From Ruditapes philippinarum (taxonomy: Eukaryota): a DNA stretch of 64,000 nt. A program made the translations under genes and the position numbers. The notes below the pieces were generated by a model. It had not been told where the DNA came from and did not search any database. It worked only from the letters and a program-made list of their open reading frames with translations. Of the stretch, positions 38,801-53,800 are shown piece after piece. Position 1 is the stretch's first letter, and each line of letters begins with the position of its first letter. Location of the stretch: assembly GCF_026571515.1 (NCBI RefSeq), contig NW_026865263.1, positions 62,001 to 126,000 of the forward strand, read 5' to 3'.

Positions 38801-41800
38801 CAACAACAAAAAAACCCACAAAAAACAACAACAAAACAACAACAAAAAAACGAACCAATAAACAAGCCTTAATTTCGCCCGTAGCACCTCTCGATTAGGC
38901 TTGATGGTTCATTTTCTTTATTGTCTTAAACAGAATTAAGGGCTTTTCATCACATGTGGCAAAACTGTAAACATAATCTTTTCGCAAGTGTCTTCATCAA
39001 CAATAGTTTTAAAGTCAACATAAAGTCTTCAAATGATTTTTTCTGAATTCACAGTTATTACGAGCAACAACGAAAGAATGGCCAGCTCTTTCCGGGTGTA
39101 TTCTTGTTATATAATAATACGGAGTATGGAATCGAGGTATGGTATGTCTGATCAGTATTGCTGAATAAAAAATTAAAACGTTACTTTTATTAGACATTAA
39201 CTGTCATATAAGACGACATAGTATTTTAAATGACAATCTCTACTCTTTGTGTTATGTATATAAATCATTATTGTATCATGTATTATGTGTAATTGGTATA
39301 AGAAAAGTATTTACACCATCATACATTACAAATACATGTATTGTTTAACAATATTGACCTGAGACTGATTAATTTTCGAGAGCTTTTTTGTTATTTTTCG
39401 TCATTTGTTTCTATTTACAAACCGGGATTTCATGATACATGTAGTCAAGTCCTCGATACTGCGGCCAGATGGTCTAGGGTTTTAGTACCTCGGAGTTTTA
39501 ATCGGGTAGTTGCAAGTTCGCCTTCACAAGATTTTTTTTTTCATTTCTTAAACTGATTTTCTTTTTTTTATCAGCAACATAAGTTGATATATCATGTGTT
39601 TGTTTTTTAAATTCATGACTTTAAAATATACCAACTTTTTTCCATTTCATAAACTTTTTAATGCAAAGTCGTACAAAGAGTAATTCGCATTCATAACACA
39701 CAGAGGACACGTTTTGCAAAAATATGATAAAAGAAGATATTAAAAATAATGTTCATCACCATTCGAACCTTCAACCTTTGAAACTAAAAGTCGTACACCT
39801 TGCCACTGTAGCTAGTATGGCAAGTATTATGCTGGTAGTTTTAAGTTATATACTTAACGAAACTTATAAGTACTCCGACAATTTTTTTATTATATTGTGT
39901 TAGAATAACTATAACTAGTCTAAGTCGGTACTGTATAAAATTTAATCATTGTATCATCATTTTATAATAGTAAATGCATTTTACAATAACTCAAACTTAA
40001 CAGAAAATCAGTAACTGAGATCACCATTGTAAAAAAATCAAATACATGTATTTTGAAAACCGGACTTTTCCTGCAAGTTTGAAATCGGAGTACTTATAAG
40101 TTTCGTTAAGTGTATATATATATTATACCGTCGTGCCTATATTAAAATTCATATGGTTTACTTGGGAATCCGATTATCACAAACAAACTGATATTGACTA
40201 TTTAAATGTCTCAGGTCAATATTGCCGAAGAATAATATAGTATGAATATCATGAATATAATCATTATCATGACTTTTGTTAAGTCACCTATCTTTGTCGC
40301 ATTTTATGTCGTAACAAGAGTCAGCTCATGATTGGCATTCTCGACATTATTGAACAGTTTATAATAATTTTCGCGATGGCTACAACGTCAACTTGCCAAT
40401 GTTATAAATATATGAATGAACATTTCTTTCAGGAAAACCACTGTAATGCCTATGGATATTTCTAGGTTTAATTCTTTGTCTAATAAATGTGTTCACATGT
40501 TTAAGTGAGAATCTTATTATGTAGTATTAAATATTTATTAGCAGTGTTGCTGCAAATTATATGGTTGCGGTCAGTATCAGTGAGTTAGTTCCGTAATATA
40601 TGCAGCAAAACAGACAATTAAGAGAAGATACATGTTGTGCGCAAAGTGTCGTATCAAATAAATGATAATCAATAATTTTGTCCGTATTCGTAATCAAACA
40701 TTCATCTCGAAAATGTGATTTTCCTCGGAGAATATTATGCCCTGCATGGAGACTCATCTCCATGTAGGGGAAGCCGACCAACTTTTTTTCCGCAGATAGT
40801 CTTCAAACACGATTACCCCCACCCCCACTCCCTTTAAAAGTAATTCTATAATGATCACAGTACTGATATGTTCTTCTTTAAAATTTAGGTATCCAAGTGA
40901 ATATTGCTTATAGGCGATTAAAAATAGTCCATGTATTTCAGACCACAATGTAGTGTTTGCTTCTAAAGACAAAGAAGTCGCCGAATGCACAGAAAAATAT
41001 GATATATTAAGGATTTAATCATACACATATAAGATCTACATTATCGATGAGGCGGGTTATGATAATTTCTCATTGGGTTAAGCATAAAGCATTTCTCTGA
41101 TAACTTTTTTAAGGTTCAAGAGCAAACTAAGATCTGTAACCGTGGATGGGCAACGTGTGCCTGCGGGGTTGCTATTCGAGCCGGTAAAGATGTTTTTATG
41201 ATAAATAGATGTGGAAGCATCAGCTACCTTGGCTTTACAAAATGCGAAGACGGGGGGATTTTACAAGTTGTAAGGATTAACGATTACAGGTACAATGTAA
41301 GTAATATTAAGTATTCTTTCAAATTATTAACAATTAAATGAGAAAATTAATAACGAAACTTTTTTAAAAATATTTTCAAATCTTAATTTGTATATCGTTG
41401 CCTCAGGTTGACTTCACCCCCGCCCCTTCTAAAAGCCCACTTTTATCAGTCATGATCGACAATATCAGTTAAATGTTAAAGTTATTCTTCTATACTCTGT
41501 TAATTTTAATTTCGTATGTAGGTCTTTCCATCTTATATATGTCTTCTAAACGTACGTAGTGGCGATTTTGGGTACACAATGAAACACGTGCATTGATTTA
41601 ACTTAAAGGAAAATAAAGTTAAGCCCCCCCCCCACCCACACACACACACTCACACAGACAAAAAAACACTAGTCCTCCTTAGCGTTTTATGTTGGAAATA
41701 TGAAACAATTTCCCCTTCTATTCTTTTCGCCAATCTGTGACAAATAGACTTGAAATCAGCAAATAGTTGATCTGCGAAACTTAAATCAACATTGCTTTAT

Positions 41801-44800
41801 TGTTTTCAAAATAAACTTGTAGTTCAAGATCCTGTTACCCAAATATTTTTATGGTTTTATATCATAAATCTGATGCACAAATGAAGATCTACTTATATTG
41901 TACATTTCAAAAAGAATTATTTGAAAAGATTGTCAGGAGAAATGTCTGCCTTGATGTTATTTAATCTAAAAAAAGATTTAGTAATAAATACTAGACCCAA
42001 TCTAAGATATGAAGGCTGGGCAGCACCGCCTGACATAAAAGTGAAATATTCTCAGTTGGAAAACTAGCACGTAATTGTTTAGTTAACACTGTCTTTTTTA
42101 GGTATTTTTATCCTTTTCTATCTCAAATCAATATATACATGTAAACAACAAACTCTGATTATTATTTACACCCAAAACAAAGAACTCTGATCATTATTTA
42201 CACCCAAAACAAACACACATCATTTATCAACCACTTATACGTATTATCTTTTCACGTATACGTCTTTTATACGAAACAATACTAGACACCTGGCGAGCCC
42301 AAGCTCTAAACAACTTATGACCAAACAAAACAATAAAATCACCACAAAATGAAGAACACAAAAAATGAATATTTTTACAACTCTAAGATACAGTATAAAC
42401 CACAAACATTCATCCAACAATATTAACTTCACACAATCTAATCAGCATCAGAAAACAACTTAAACTAAAGCACCCAATATTTACATATATCCTCAAAACA
42501 AAGCAGCAACTAATATAATCTTGACCAAACAAACATTCAACCAATATCAACCAATTATATCGTCACAAACAGATATAACTCAACAACCAAAAACAACTAA
42601 TTACAACCAATAAACCCTGATCAATTAAGATCACGACAATTATATTCAACCACTTCAACAAACCAACAAAACTCCCTACTAAACAACAAACATTATCTTC
42701 TCAATAAATAAATAACCCGCTACACATACAACGTGTCCTCCTAACTGATGTAAAATCTCTCTCTAAACGCGCATATTTGCTAGCATAAACGATCTGACAT
42801 TTTAAACATGTAGATACATTTTTCACTCCCAGCAATAGGTTTATGAATAAAACTGTACATTGAAAGATGATACACTTCAGTGTATCGCTGACTCGTTGTA
42901 AAAAACTGTATGATTATTCTGACAAAGATATTGAGAGATGTACGGAGATTTTGCTCTCATTTGTTTTTTTCTTGATGACGGACCTGTCAAAACATATCAA
43001 AATGAATACCCTATGTCATATTAACAAAATGGCTTACGGGAGTATCGATGCCAGATCTGTTGGAATCTTAGTTTAGGTCAATTTAGGAACTCTATTAATA
43101 GAATTAAATAAGATGAAGGCACGTTTAACTTTAAAGTGTTCTAATTAACGGAGCAAAATTTTACAGTGAACGAAATCTACGTGTAGAAAAGGTATATCCC
43201 TCGACAGCAACGAAAACAAAACCAGAAAGGTGAAAATTGAAGAATAAGTTCAAGACGTTAAGAAAGCGGTCTCTTAAACTAGAATTATATTTATACATAT
43301 ATATTTTCTATGAACATTGTTTATGTATCTTTTATATTATATTTAGAAAGGAAAGTGCGTTTTATTTAAATCATATTGTTTGTAAAAGGTATTTGCTGGC
43401 TTCAAATGCTATTATGATACCTGTTGTATATAAGATCTGATGAAATCGAAACAACGAAATAAGTGTTTTTTATTTGACAAGATAAGCCAGTATTCTTCTA
43501 AAGAAATTCGGGAAACTTGAGATACCTTTGAAATAAGCCTCTGCATTATTATGACTTCCTGACACATGTATTTTGGATAAGGCACCAGATGCAGGAAAGT
43601 TAAAAATGGTTAGGATTGAGGTTTTGTAAACATTTTGAGTTAAAATAATTATTGCGCAAAGTTTGTATTATGTTTTTTTAAATGTTATCATTAATGTTAA
43701 ATCCCCTTTTTGTTTCGCTTGCTACATATAGGGATCACTTCTTCATCGTCTGTATATCTGTCCTTAACAAAATTTGTCCGGCTTCAACTACTGGTGTGAT
43801 TACATCCATACTTTACAAGAATGATCAGTACTAAGTCTAGTTTAGCATATTATCGGGTTTATTCGGTTCAATGGTTTTTCTCAAAGTGAAATTTACTTTT
43901 AAATCGTGTCCGGGCTTTTTCTCTTATACCAGTCTAATGAAATTTGAATGAAACTTTACAAGGTTGGTTAGTAGCTCAAAACCGTGTGCCTATTTTATGG
44001 TTTATTTGATTGAATGCTTAATGCTGAGTTATGGCCCTTGAATAAAATGTATTTTTGCATGTTGATCAATTTTACGATGCCAGCTACACAGAAGCTTGTC
44101 AGGACTACTACTCAGAAACTACTGGTGCTATTCCGTCAAAACTTTACAGGGATAATCAGTAGAAAAACTTGTTGCGCATATCGTCGGCAGTTTTCGACTT
44201 AACGACTTTTTGTTTAGTTATAGCCCATTTATGATTTTTATTTTAAAGCGTATCATAAATATAATCAGTATAGCCCAATATTGTAGTACAACAATACTCT
44301 TACACACATAGCTGTGAATATTCTCCAATCTTTATTTATAAACCTTTCTTTTATTCGTTTATGAAAACCGAATCCTAAAATGTCGTAAATGTGTTTTAAT
44401 ATGAAAGTTTTGACAATAACACTATGAATCGTATCATTTAACTTTTCACCGAAACGAGTCAAAAAAATGAAAGTTTATTCTTACTTGACTGTAGACGCCA
44501 AATAGAACGATTTACTTATACATGACTGTGTTGCCAGTTACACAGAAGCTTGTCCGGACTACTCCTCAGAAACTACTGATGCAATTTCATCCAAACTTTT
44601 ATACAAAGCTGATTCATGCTACAAAGTAGCTACAACTAATTTGGATCACTGTTTTATGGTCTGTCCGTTTGTCTGTCCGCTTATCTGTCCGTCACAAAAT
44701 TTATTCGGACTACTCCTTAGAAAATATTGGTACAATTCATCAAAACTTTACGGGATGATCAGTACCAAGTGTAGTTGTGTATATCGTAGGCATTTTCCGG

Positions 44801-47800
44801 CTAAATGAGTTTTGTAAGAGTGATGACTCTACAGTGATTTTTATGTATGTACAACTTCAATTCTAATTCTAATTCAATTTAAATGAAATTTAAAAAGTAC
44901 TTGCTCATATTGAACGGATTTCCGGTTGACTTAACTTTGGCTGAGTTATGGCCCGTGAAAAACGTCTTTTAATGATTTTTATGTCTGCTGCATAATAGCT
45001 ACAACATGCAATTAGCTATCATCAGGCGACTGATTGACCGCTCCTTTAGGTTGCCTTTGCGTAGTATCAACGTTTTAAAGGTCATACGGCGACTTTCTGT
45101 TTAAGACACGGACAGACACCTTTAGTAAACCGCCGACTTTCGGTGCCTATCTGGAATGCATCCTCTTATGATAGAACGGTATTCAATAGCGACAATTTTA
45201 TGTTGTCCTGTTTCTGAAATAAGAGCATTTTAAGTCGAAGCTTAAGGCAAAAAATGTACCATACAGTTTGTTGGTATTTTAAGTTCAGGAGTCTATAGTC
45301 AGTTTTTTACTTCCGTTAAGTACCCATTACGCAAAACATTAAATTTATTTCGAACAGTCTCATCTTGTAACTAAAAGATATTTATATTATGCCTACGACA
45401 TTATAGCGAGATGCATGTCTTTTGATATAGTTTTCAATTACCTCTTCCGCCCATAAACAACCACAGTCGTACCATATGCCAAAACAGCATAATTTGGCCG
45501 TTTTTGGCGTTCTTTAGGGATTGTGTTTTTTTCCAGACAATAGTCGTTATATAATGATATATCGTTAAGTATGATTTAGTATCTAGTGATTACGAGATAA
45601 TTTTCCTGTTTAGATTTCATCTCTTTATACAATTGCCATTTATGATTTTAAATTTTCACACCCATTGGTACTAAAATAGCAATTACAGTTTCCAGAACGT
45701 TAGTCTTTTGCCTTACTTTATGACTGAGTAATGATGATTTACTATTTTGTAAGGAGGTCAAAATGCTGCATGTACTTATTTTTTACATATTGCTGCATTT
45801 ATCACAAATTATTTTAAATTCAACACTAAATTTTCAGGTGATTAGCTTGTTTGGTGTTCTAATTTCATTATAAAAACACATTTCTGTAGTACTTTCTACA
45901 GAATGAAATAAATATTCATTTCTGAGGTTTAATGATTATTAGCGGACTTCCAAATTGAAATGTTATTGTTATAGGTGTTCACCCCCATTGGAACGAAAAT
46001 AACAATAAGACTTTTTCATAATGAATACGGCGGACATTACGGTGGAACAATGAACATAGACATTACAATGGCACCTAAAGACTTGTATAACATTGAAGGA
46101 TTGTGTGGACAGTTTGACAATAATCCTGCCAATGATTTCCGGCATAGAGACGGAACTATTTCAGAAATAAACTACACCAATAAAAATAGTCATTTTGCAG
46201 ACTTTACAGAAAGCTGGAGGTAATTAGATGCTTATCTGATTCCATTTTATGAATAAATACGGCTATTTATCTGACGCTTTGTTAAAACCCAAGGGTTTCA
46301 CTCTTGAATACCTTTTGAGAAAATCTTAACATAATGAAATTTACACTTCCAAGAAATTGAAATATATGAGTATTAGTTCAACATATTGTCCACCTATTTT
46401 CACTTTTTATCAGAGAATATGATTTAAGTAGTTTTATAAGAAGAATCATTATATCGTCTTAAACGTAGGTCATCATAGTCGACTGAACGGATAATGAATG
46501 CGTTAATTTGCACTCTTTCATACTATGTCTATTTACAGTTTAACATCAGATGAAACCAAGCACCTCAACTTATTTCTAACAGGAAATAGGATCCTTCAAA
46601 GTTGGGGTGATCTGAATGGGATGTTTTGTGTCTGTTCAAACGAAACAAAAGAAAAAGTTGCAGAAGCAACATGCTATCCGACCCAATATTTGAATTGTAC
46701 AATGAGCAGATCAATTACTGGTACAAAATGTAACGTACAAAGCAGAAGAAAGAGAAGCGCCGATGGTTACTTTAAAGATGAGAAAGAATTAGACAGATTA
46801 CTAAAGTTAATGGCTCCATCTCAAACAGTTACACCAGAAATAAAAACTAGGAACAAAGTAATTTTGTAGTTTGAAATATCTAAATAGGAGAAGGTATTTT
46901 CAATTTTATAGTAAAAATTTAAATACTAATTATATTGCTTAATAACGACAAGGAAGACTGAAACAATACTGTTTGCACTACTAATTTGTACGATTGTTCT
47001 ATAATTAGTTAAGTCCATTTATCAACAATGGGCTCGTAGTCGTTCACCTGAAAGCTTAAAAACTGTATCGCTACTATCACCAAATATATCAAACCGGAAC
47101 ATCAAAGTTAATTTATAAAATAATGACCGGAGACCCTAATTACCTTAAAGTCTTCTTGCAACGTTTGTTTGTAAATACCGTGTTTGACATTTTTGAATAG
47201 TAGGCTTCCACTGAATTGTAACAATTTAATCATGTATTCGCGTATATGTTTATTAAGTTTATTTTGGCCTCTTAAAACGTTAGACAACGGGATATAGAAT
47301 TATGTCGTTAGAATAGATGTTACAATGTAGTTTTACAATGTAATCCAGGAGTATAGACACCCTATCACAAAAACAAAACGGAACAAAACAGAGTTTATTT
47401 TTATAACTTACACATATGTACATCACTTAAACCAAATCATTGAAATACATTTTGTAAGTCACATAATGTACAATTAAGAACAACAAAAACAGCAACAACA
47501 ATACAAAGTCAATACACTACAAAGCAATGAGTTTACACATACAATTAAATACTTTATATTTACTGAACCAAACACTCATGATAACCGCCATATGAACAAA
47601 TCTGCAGATGTTTATGAATTCAAAATTTCACCATAGATAAAATATAAAGCTTTTGTGATATATTAATAAAGCATTTCTGGGGTACAATGAGTGCGCTTAT
47701 TATTGATTAAAGCTTCAGGTTGTTGAGAAACCACACATTGTCCGAGTTATGTGATCAATATCAGAAGAAAACATTTCACATATTATACAAAGCATTTCAC

Positions 47801-50800
47801 ATTTTATACACACTAGATTTAAGTGTAGTTGTTTTCTCCATAATGCTTTTGCAAAGTAAAGTTGAATACATTTTGAAGACATTGGGTTTCTTTTTCAATT
47901 AAAAATTTAAAAGTTCATTTCATTTTAAGCCATTGTTTAAAACTACCCGTATTTTAAATGTAAAACATTGTAAGCAGAAAAATTGATTGATTGGGGTTTT
48001 AAAAACTTCATAGACATACATTTCTATCAGCGTCAAGACATCATTGATGACATGATTACGGAAGAAACAGCTCAAAAATTATGCGAAGCTAAAATTTCCG
48101 GTAGTCTAGCAGTGCAAGAATATACAGAAGTTAGTGGCAATGAAGATCCAGATGAAGTTATAAAACAATGTATATTTGATGTAGTGGTAAGTTTGTTTGT
48201 TTGTTTTGGTTTAACGGCATACTTACACCTAACAGCGCCAATCAGTATAATTTTAAACATTAGATTATTAATCCTAAACAAGTAAGTACATGTACAAAGA
48301 TATAAAATGAATTAGGTCAATTTTCTAATACATGTTAATTTCTTTTAAGTCGATCAATGTTTTGGAAGGAAGAGAGTCAAAATGTTCTGAAAGTGAATTT
48401 ACTCGGTAATATTTATAGATCATTCAAGGAGCATAATCTTCTGTTCAAATAGAGAAAAATAAAGAATCGCCAAAGATCGCACAAAACGATAAAATTGAAA
48501 ATGTTGCAGACTCGGTCGATCGAGCCTGTTCATGGACGGTACTGAAAGGTTATTAACAGGTCAGTCTAAGAAAGGGTTGGTACATGTGTATTTCCACCTC
48601 TCTGCAAAATTACTCATTGAAAATAGTCCCTGTCAGCGTATTTTTGCCTTACAGTACCGTCCATGAACAGGCCTAATCAGACCGAGCCTGCAACATTTTC
48701 AATTTTGTCGTTTTTGGCTTTCTTTAGGAATTCTTATTTTCTCTATTTTATCGCTACATCAGCGTTGTTTGAGCCGTTTGGAAGCTGAAAAAGTCGCCCC
48801 GTACATTAAATCAGAGATGTACATGTATTTATTTCCGATCGTTAAAGATCGTTCAGCACGACATTATCGTTGTTCTTGTGGTATTCTTAGTTTTAATTTT
48901 TCGGCATTTTCTAGTTGAGTGGTTCCAATATTCCTACTTGAATAATGTTTATTCAGATCTGAGCGTTACACTACAGAATCACCCTTAGGATATGCTGCTT
49001 TTAACTTTATCTTTTGACATCTTATCTGTGATATGCAGGCTTCATAACCTCTGATCTCCTTTCAAAATTCCATTTTATTTAGTTCCGCCCATTGTTTTCT
49101 CGTTTAGGGCAAATGCTTTCTATTACTTTGGGGACCATACGCCGCTTTTCATGGAATGGCACGGAAGTGTCACATTGAAGGTTCCATGATAACGGCCGTA
49201 TGAACACTTCTGCGCATGTTTCTAAATTAAGAATTTTCACCATTTCATGTTTAATTGTTGAATTCTGCTTAAGCCGGTGCTATGTGGCGTGGACGGTAGT
49301 TTTCACTTTCCAGTACCGTCCACGAACAGGCTCTATCAAACCGAGCCTGCATCATATTCAATTTTGTTGTTTTGGGCTTTCTTTAGGGATTCTTATTTTC
49401 TCTATTGTACGTAATAAGTAAAATAAATATGTAAATACTCGAGGCATAACTTCAAAGTGTTATAACGGAGAAAACAATATGCATTTAGGCATAGGTCCTT
49501 GTGACAACGGTAGTTGTCGACATTTTTGATATACGTTACTCAGTGAACAGTGTAAACAGCTTACTGCAGTGATAACCCCAGTAGTTTTATCATCGCAAGA
49601 AAGCATGACAAAAATGGTTTCTTTATACGAAAAACAGATAACGAAACGGGAAATGTGTAAGAATAGCGATTTTGCACATTTTCTTTGCATTAACATCTAC
49701 AGAAGTCATCGGACAAATAAAATTCCTCGCCCAGCAAGCTCTGGATTCAAATGCTTTCTCATCAGATGTTAATGCACTAAAATGTGCATTACTCCACTGT
49801 AAGAGTTTTATTGCTTTTTGTTCCAGACTGGGAATGATACGTCATGGGCTCTAGCGCATGTAGAATCTGTTAATAACATTGTAAAGAACATAATAGAACT
49901 TGAACCATCATACACTGCAAATAACACTGAAAAGGTTGTTACATTCTTTAAAAATACATGTCCTGGGAACTGTAGCAACAACGGTGAATGTACAGACACA
50001 AGTAAGTTGAAATATATTCATTCTTTTTATAAAATTCTACATAAAACAAAACAGATAATAATGTTCAATTTGAACTAGTGAATAATTTGCATATTTTACA
50101 TTTATGATGATTTGATATCTATATCAAAATGTGCATAAAATGTAGAGAAGAGACAGTTAGTCAGTTTTGTCTGTTTATATGCACAATTATATAGTGTTTA
50201 GATGAAATCATACAAATTATATACTCTCGCAAACAATAGAATCCGAGTCTTCTTCTTTATTAAGTCACGTTATCTCTTGAATCTTTTTATTTGCCAGGTG
50301 AGTGTGTTTGTTTTGGATTTTTCCATGGAGCAGAATGTGACATTGATGAAAGAGATCCTTTAATTATCGACGATATCGAAGGCGGTGGAGAATGTGATCT
50401 AGTCGATGGTGACGAATGTTCATGTTTCCATGTCAGATCTTCAAATATTCTCGAAGGCTTTAAATGCCAGGCCAATATTTCAAAGGTATATACATAACTA
50501 TTCATGAAAAAGATTCAAATTGATTAATTAAGTATCCATTGTCTTTTGAATAGAGTCCAGATATAGAGGAACAATATAAATTGAAATATAATCTTATTTA
50601 TTTCTTGTAATTGTACGAATTTCACTTAAGGGGTATTCAATAAGTTACTGTCTCATCATATAGGCACATAGTACAAAGGTAAGCCTCTGGTTTGGTGCGC
50701 CTATAACAGGTTTAAAAACTAGTAGTAGTGATTTGCTACTGACCGTTCCAAGACGTAGCCCCTCTGTGTTCAAAAACATTAAATATTTGACTTGTGTATT

Positions 50801-53800
50801 TCATGTTGTGAGTGGTGACATGTTTTTGGTGTCCTATCTTATTAGGAGTCGAAGCTGCTGCTGGTAGTTATTTTTCCTCTCATATGTTCTTTTTGCAACG
50901 TCCTTTTCCGGGATCTTGCTCTTGCGTCCCACCATTGATCGTTTTATTCACGTTTGGGTCTTTATCGATCTTCTCTTTGGTGTTTGCTATTATATTTCGA
51001 TAGGATTTCTTAAAGAAGGTTTTTAGTGCTCCAGTCTCTCATTTCTCCGCCATTATCGTCCCTCACAATTTTGTTTGTGTAAGTCGCCTTGAATTGTTGA
51101 TCTTTGCAATCATTGTTACGATCTGAGACTCATTTTAGAGCCCTTAAATTTGCAACATGCATTGAATTTTGAGTATAAATTGACAGATAACAGTTAAAGG
51201 GGAAAGGGAGATTATTTCGACACAAACATTTCCCGGTGGTTACGAGGATATATTTACTGGAGTGTGCTGTATACAAGACAACGTAATTGGTACTGAAGAT
51301 GCATTCTTTACGAAGTACGATATTTCTATCAGCAACAATGGCATTACTTACGGAAATGATAAAAACGTTTATGTGTTCGACTCCACTTGTCAAGAAGCAG
51401 TGAATGGTTCTTCCGATAATGTATCGTTCAGTTTAAAGGTACACATAGCTTATAATTTGAAGTACTCATATTTGTTTAATGCATAATTAAAACAGACTTT
51501 TAGCTTGATGTTAAATGATTCAACTTAGTTTGCATTTAATAAAGTAAATATTTTATGTAGATGAAAAACATATTGCTATATAAAACATTTTTAAAAGTTG
51601 AAATTTTTGTGATGATCGATTATTTGCAATCATTGTTATGACATTTCATTTAAGCCCGAGTTTTGCTTTATCGATGGCGGTTGTGTAGCAGAAAATGAGA
51701 TAGCTCCAATTGGTTGTTTAGCTTGTCGGTCTTTGACTGATGGGTATAATTGGACAGGTATGTGATAAAAAGTAATTAAAAGGAAATATGACAAAATAAT
51801 CTATTGATAAGATGAATATTTGTGTAACACAAATTTATCTAATATATATTTTCCTGTGCATGTTTCATAAAGGTAAAGGTAAAGGCAAATGAAACATGCT
51901 TTCTGTGGTTAAAACACTACTAGAATGATACATGCTTTAAAGAAAATTGTTGTATACATAACATTCATCTTTAGTTATCCATTCGAAATTTCTTCTGTTT
52001 TTTTTTATATCAATGTTTTATTTTTTAAAGTACGCCGCTTGTAAAAACAGTCATTTATGTATATTTTGTACTATCTTCTGCGTCCGACAAACACGTCTCT
52101 GTCAGTCATTTAATTATAATAAAAATGAATTATAAGATCGACTTTTTTCTATCTTTCTTCCGTGAACCGTCATTTGATTATAACTTTATTTTGTGACAGT
52201 CCATAACCCATGTCAGAATGAAGGTAATTGCACCAACGAATCTAACGGCTATTTGTGTGTTTGCCATGGCGGATATGGCGGAAAGAATTGCGAATATGGT
52301 AACATTTTTCTCTTTATATTTCAAATAAATCAATCAACACAACATTCTTAAAACTGTGTCATAAAGGAAAATATCAAACATTTATGTAATATATCGTTTT
52401 AGTTTTCATTTCTGTATCTAATTCACTTTATTTAATACATAAACTTGTATTGCATGAAAACTAAACATGTTTAATATTTACAAATTTGTTTGTTATTACA
52501 AGTAGCTTTAAGAGCAACTCCGATGATACATGTAATTTCTATGTCTTTTTTGTTTTATTGTCTGGTCTCGCATCACGAAAATATGTCCAATATATATTTT
52601 TAACCGTAGATATAAATGAGTGTGAATCAGACCCCTGTGAAAATGATGGGACTTGCTTAGATCATCTAAATGGTTTCAACTGTTCCTGTGCTGATGGTTT
52701 CACTGGCACTTACTGTGAAATTAGTAAGTGTTTATATTTTCATCGAAATATCGTGGAATATAGATGTGAAAATTAAGGTATTATAATTATTATATATTAT
52801 CTATTCTGGACAGAATGTAATTTTATATAACTGTAACATATAACCTTATCTTAGTCGAGGAGGTCCTTGAAAAAACCACATGTATGGTATGACCCCTATA
52901 ATGGCACTCTAAGGAACTGTAATATTGACAACATAGGTCCATTATATGTCTTAATGGACACCTGCATACAAAATGTAAAGACAATTTACTGTATGGCTTT
53001 CGAGTTATGGGCATTTTCCAAACTGAAGCTTGTCTATTAGAAGGGGTCTCATTTAGAAATGAGGAAACTCTAAATTATCTATGATATCATCATTATGAAA
53101 AATGTATTAATGGAACATTGTTAGAAGCAAATGATATATATAATTCAGCTTACAAATCACACAAGCAAAATGATTGTTTCTTCTAAAACTGTTTGCATAT
53201 GTTTAAAAATTACACCCTACCTCGCCCATTTTAAACACTTGTTTGAGCATTTTCAAACTTGAAGAACGAAATATCCTTAAAATTTATCAGAATGAGGGAC
53301 TGCTTTAAAAGTTTACCTGAATATTTTTAAAAAATGTTTTGGTTGATACTGGCAGTTTTTTTTTTCATTTATTTTATTATTATTAATTTATAATACTTTG
53401 AAAATAATTATAATGCTAAATATCTGCTATTGAATTTCGTATTATTTGGCCCATGAATACCAATAAATACAGTTTAATAAAAACTGGTGTGTAGTGTGTG
53501 CGTGGGGAAGTGGGGATGCAGGGTGGTCATACCTTAAACAACATGCGTGTCTTCACTTGCCAATCTAGTGTATAACATCCATTGCGATATATATGTTTTA
53601 TATATGATCTAAGAAATTAAGAATATAAATTTTGCCCGTCAGGGTATTATGTTGTCTTGACTGATCTCGAAAGTAACACTGATATATGGGACCATTGTGA
53701 ATTCTTTTTCCAGATATTAACGAATGCTCGTCACATCCATGTCAAAATAATGGGATATGTGAGGATGGTATAAACATGTACATATGCGAGTGTCCACCAG

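Noticed and set aside
40557-40990. Possible degenerate transposase on the minus strand
   Set aside because: No recognisable catalytic or DNA-binding motif could be assembled by eye.
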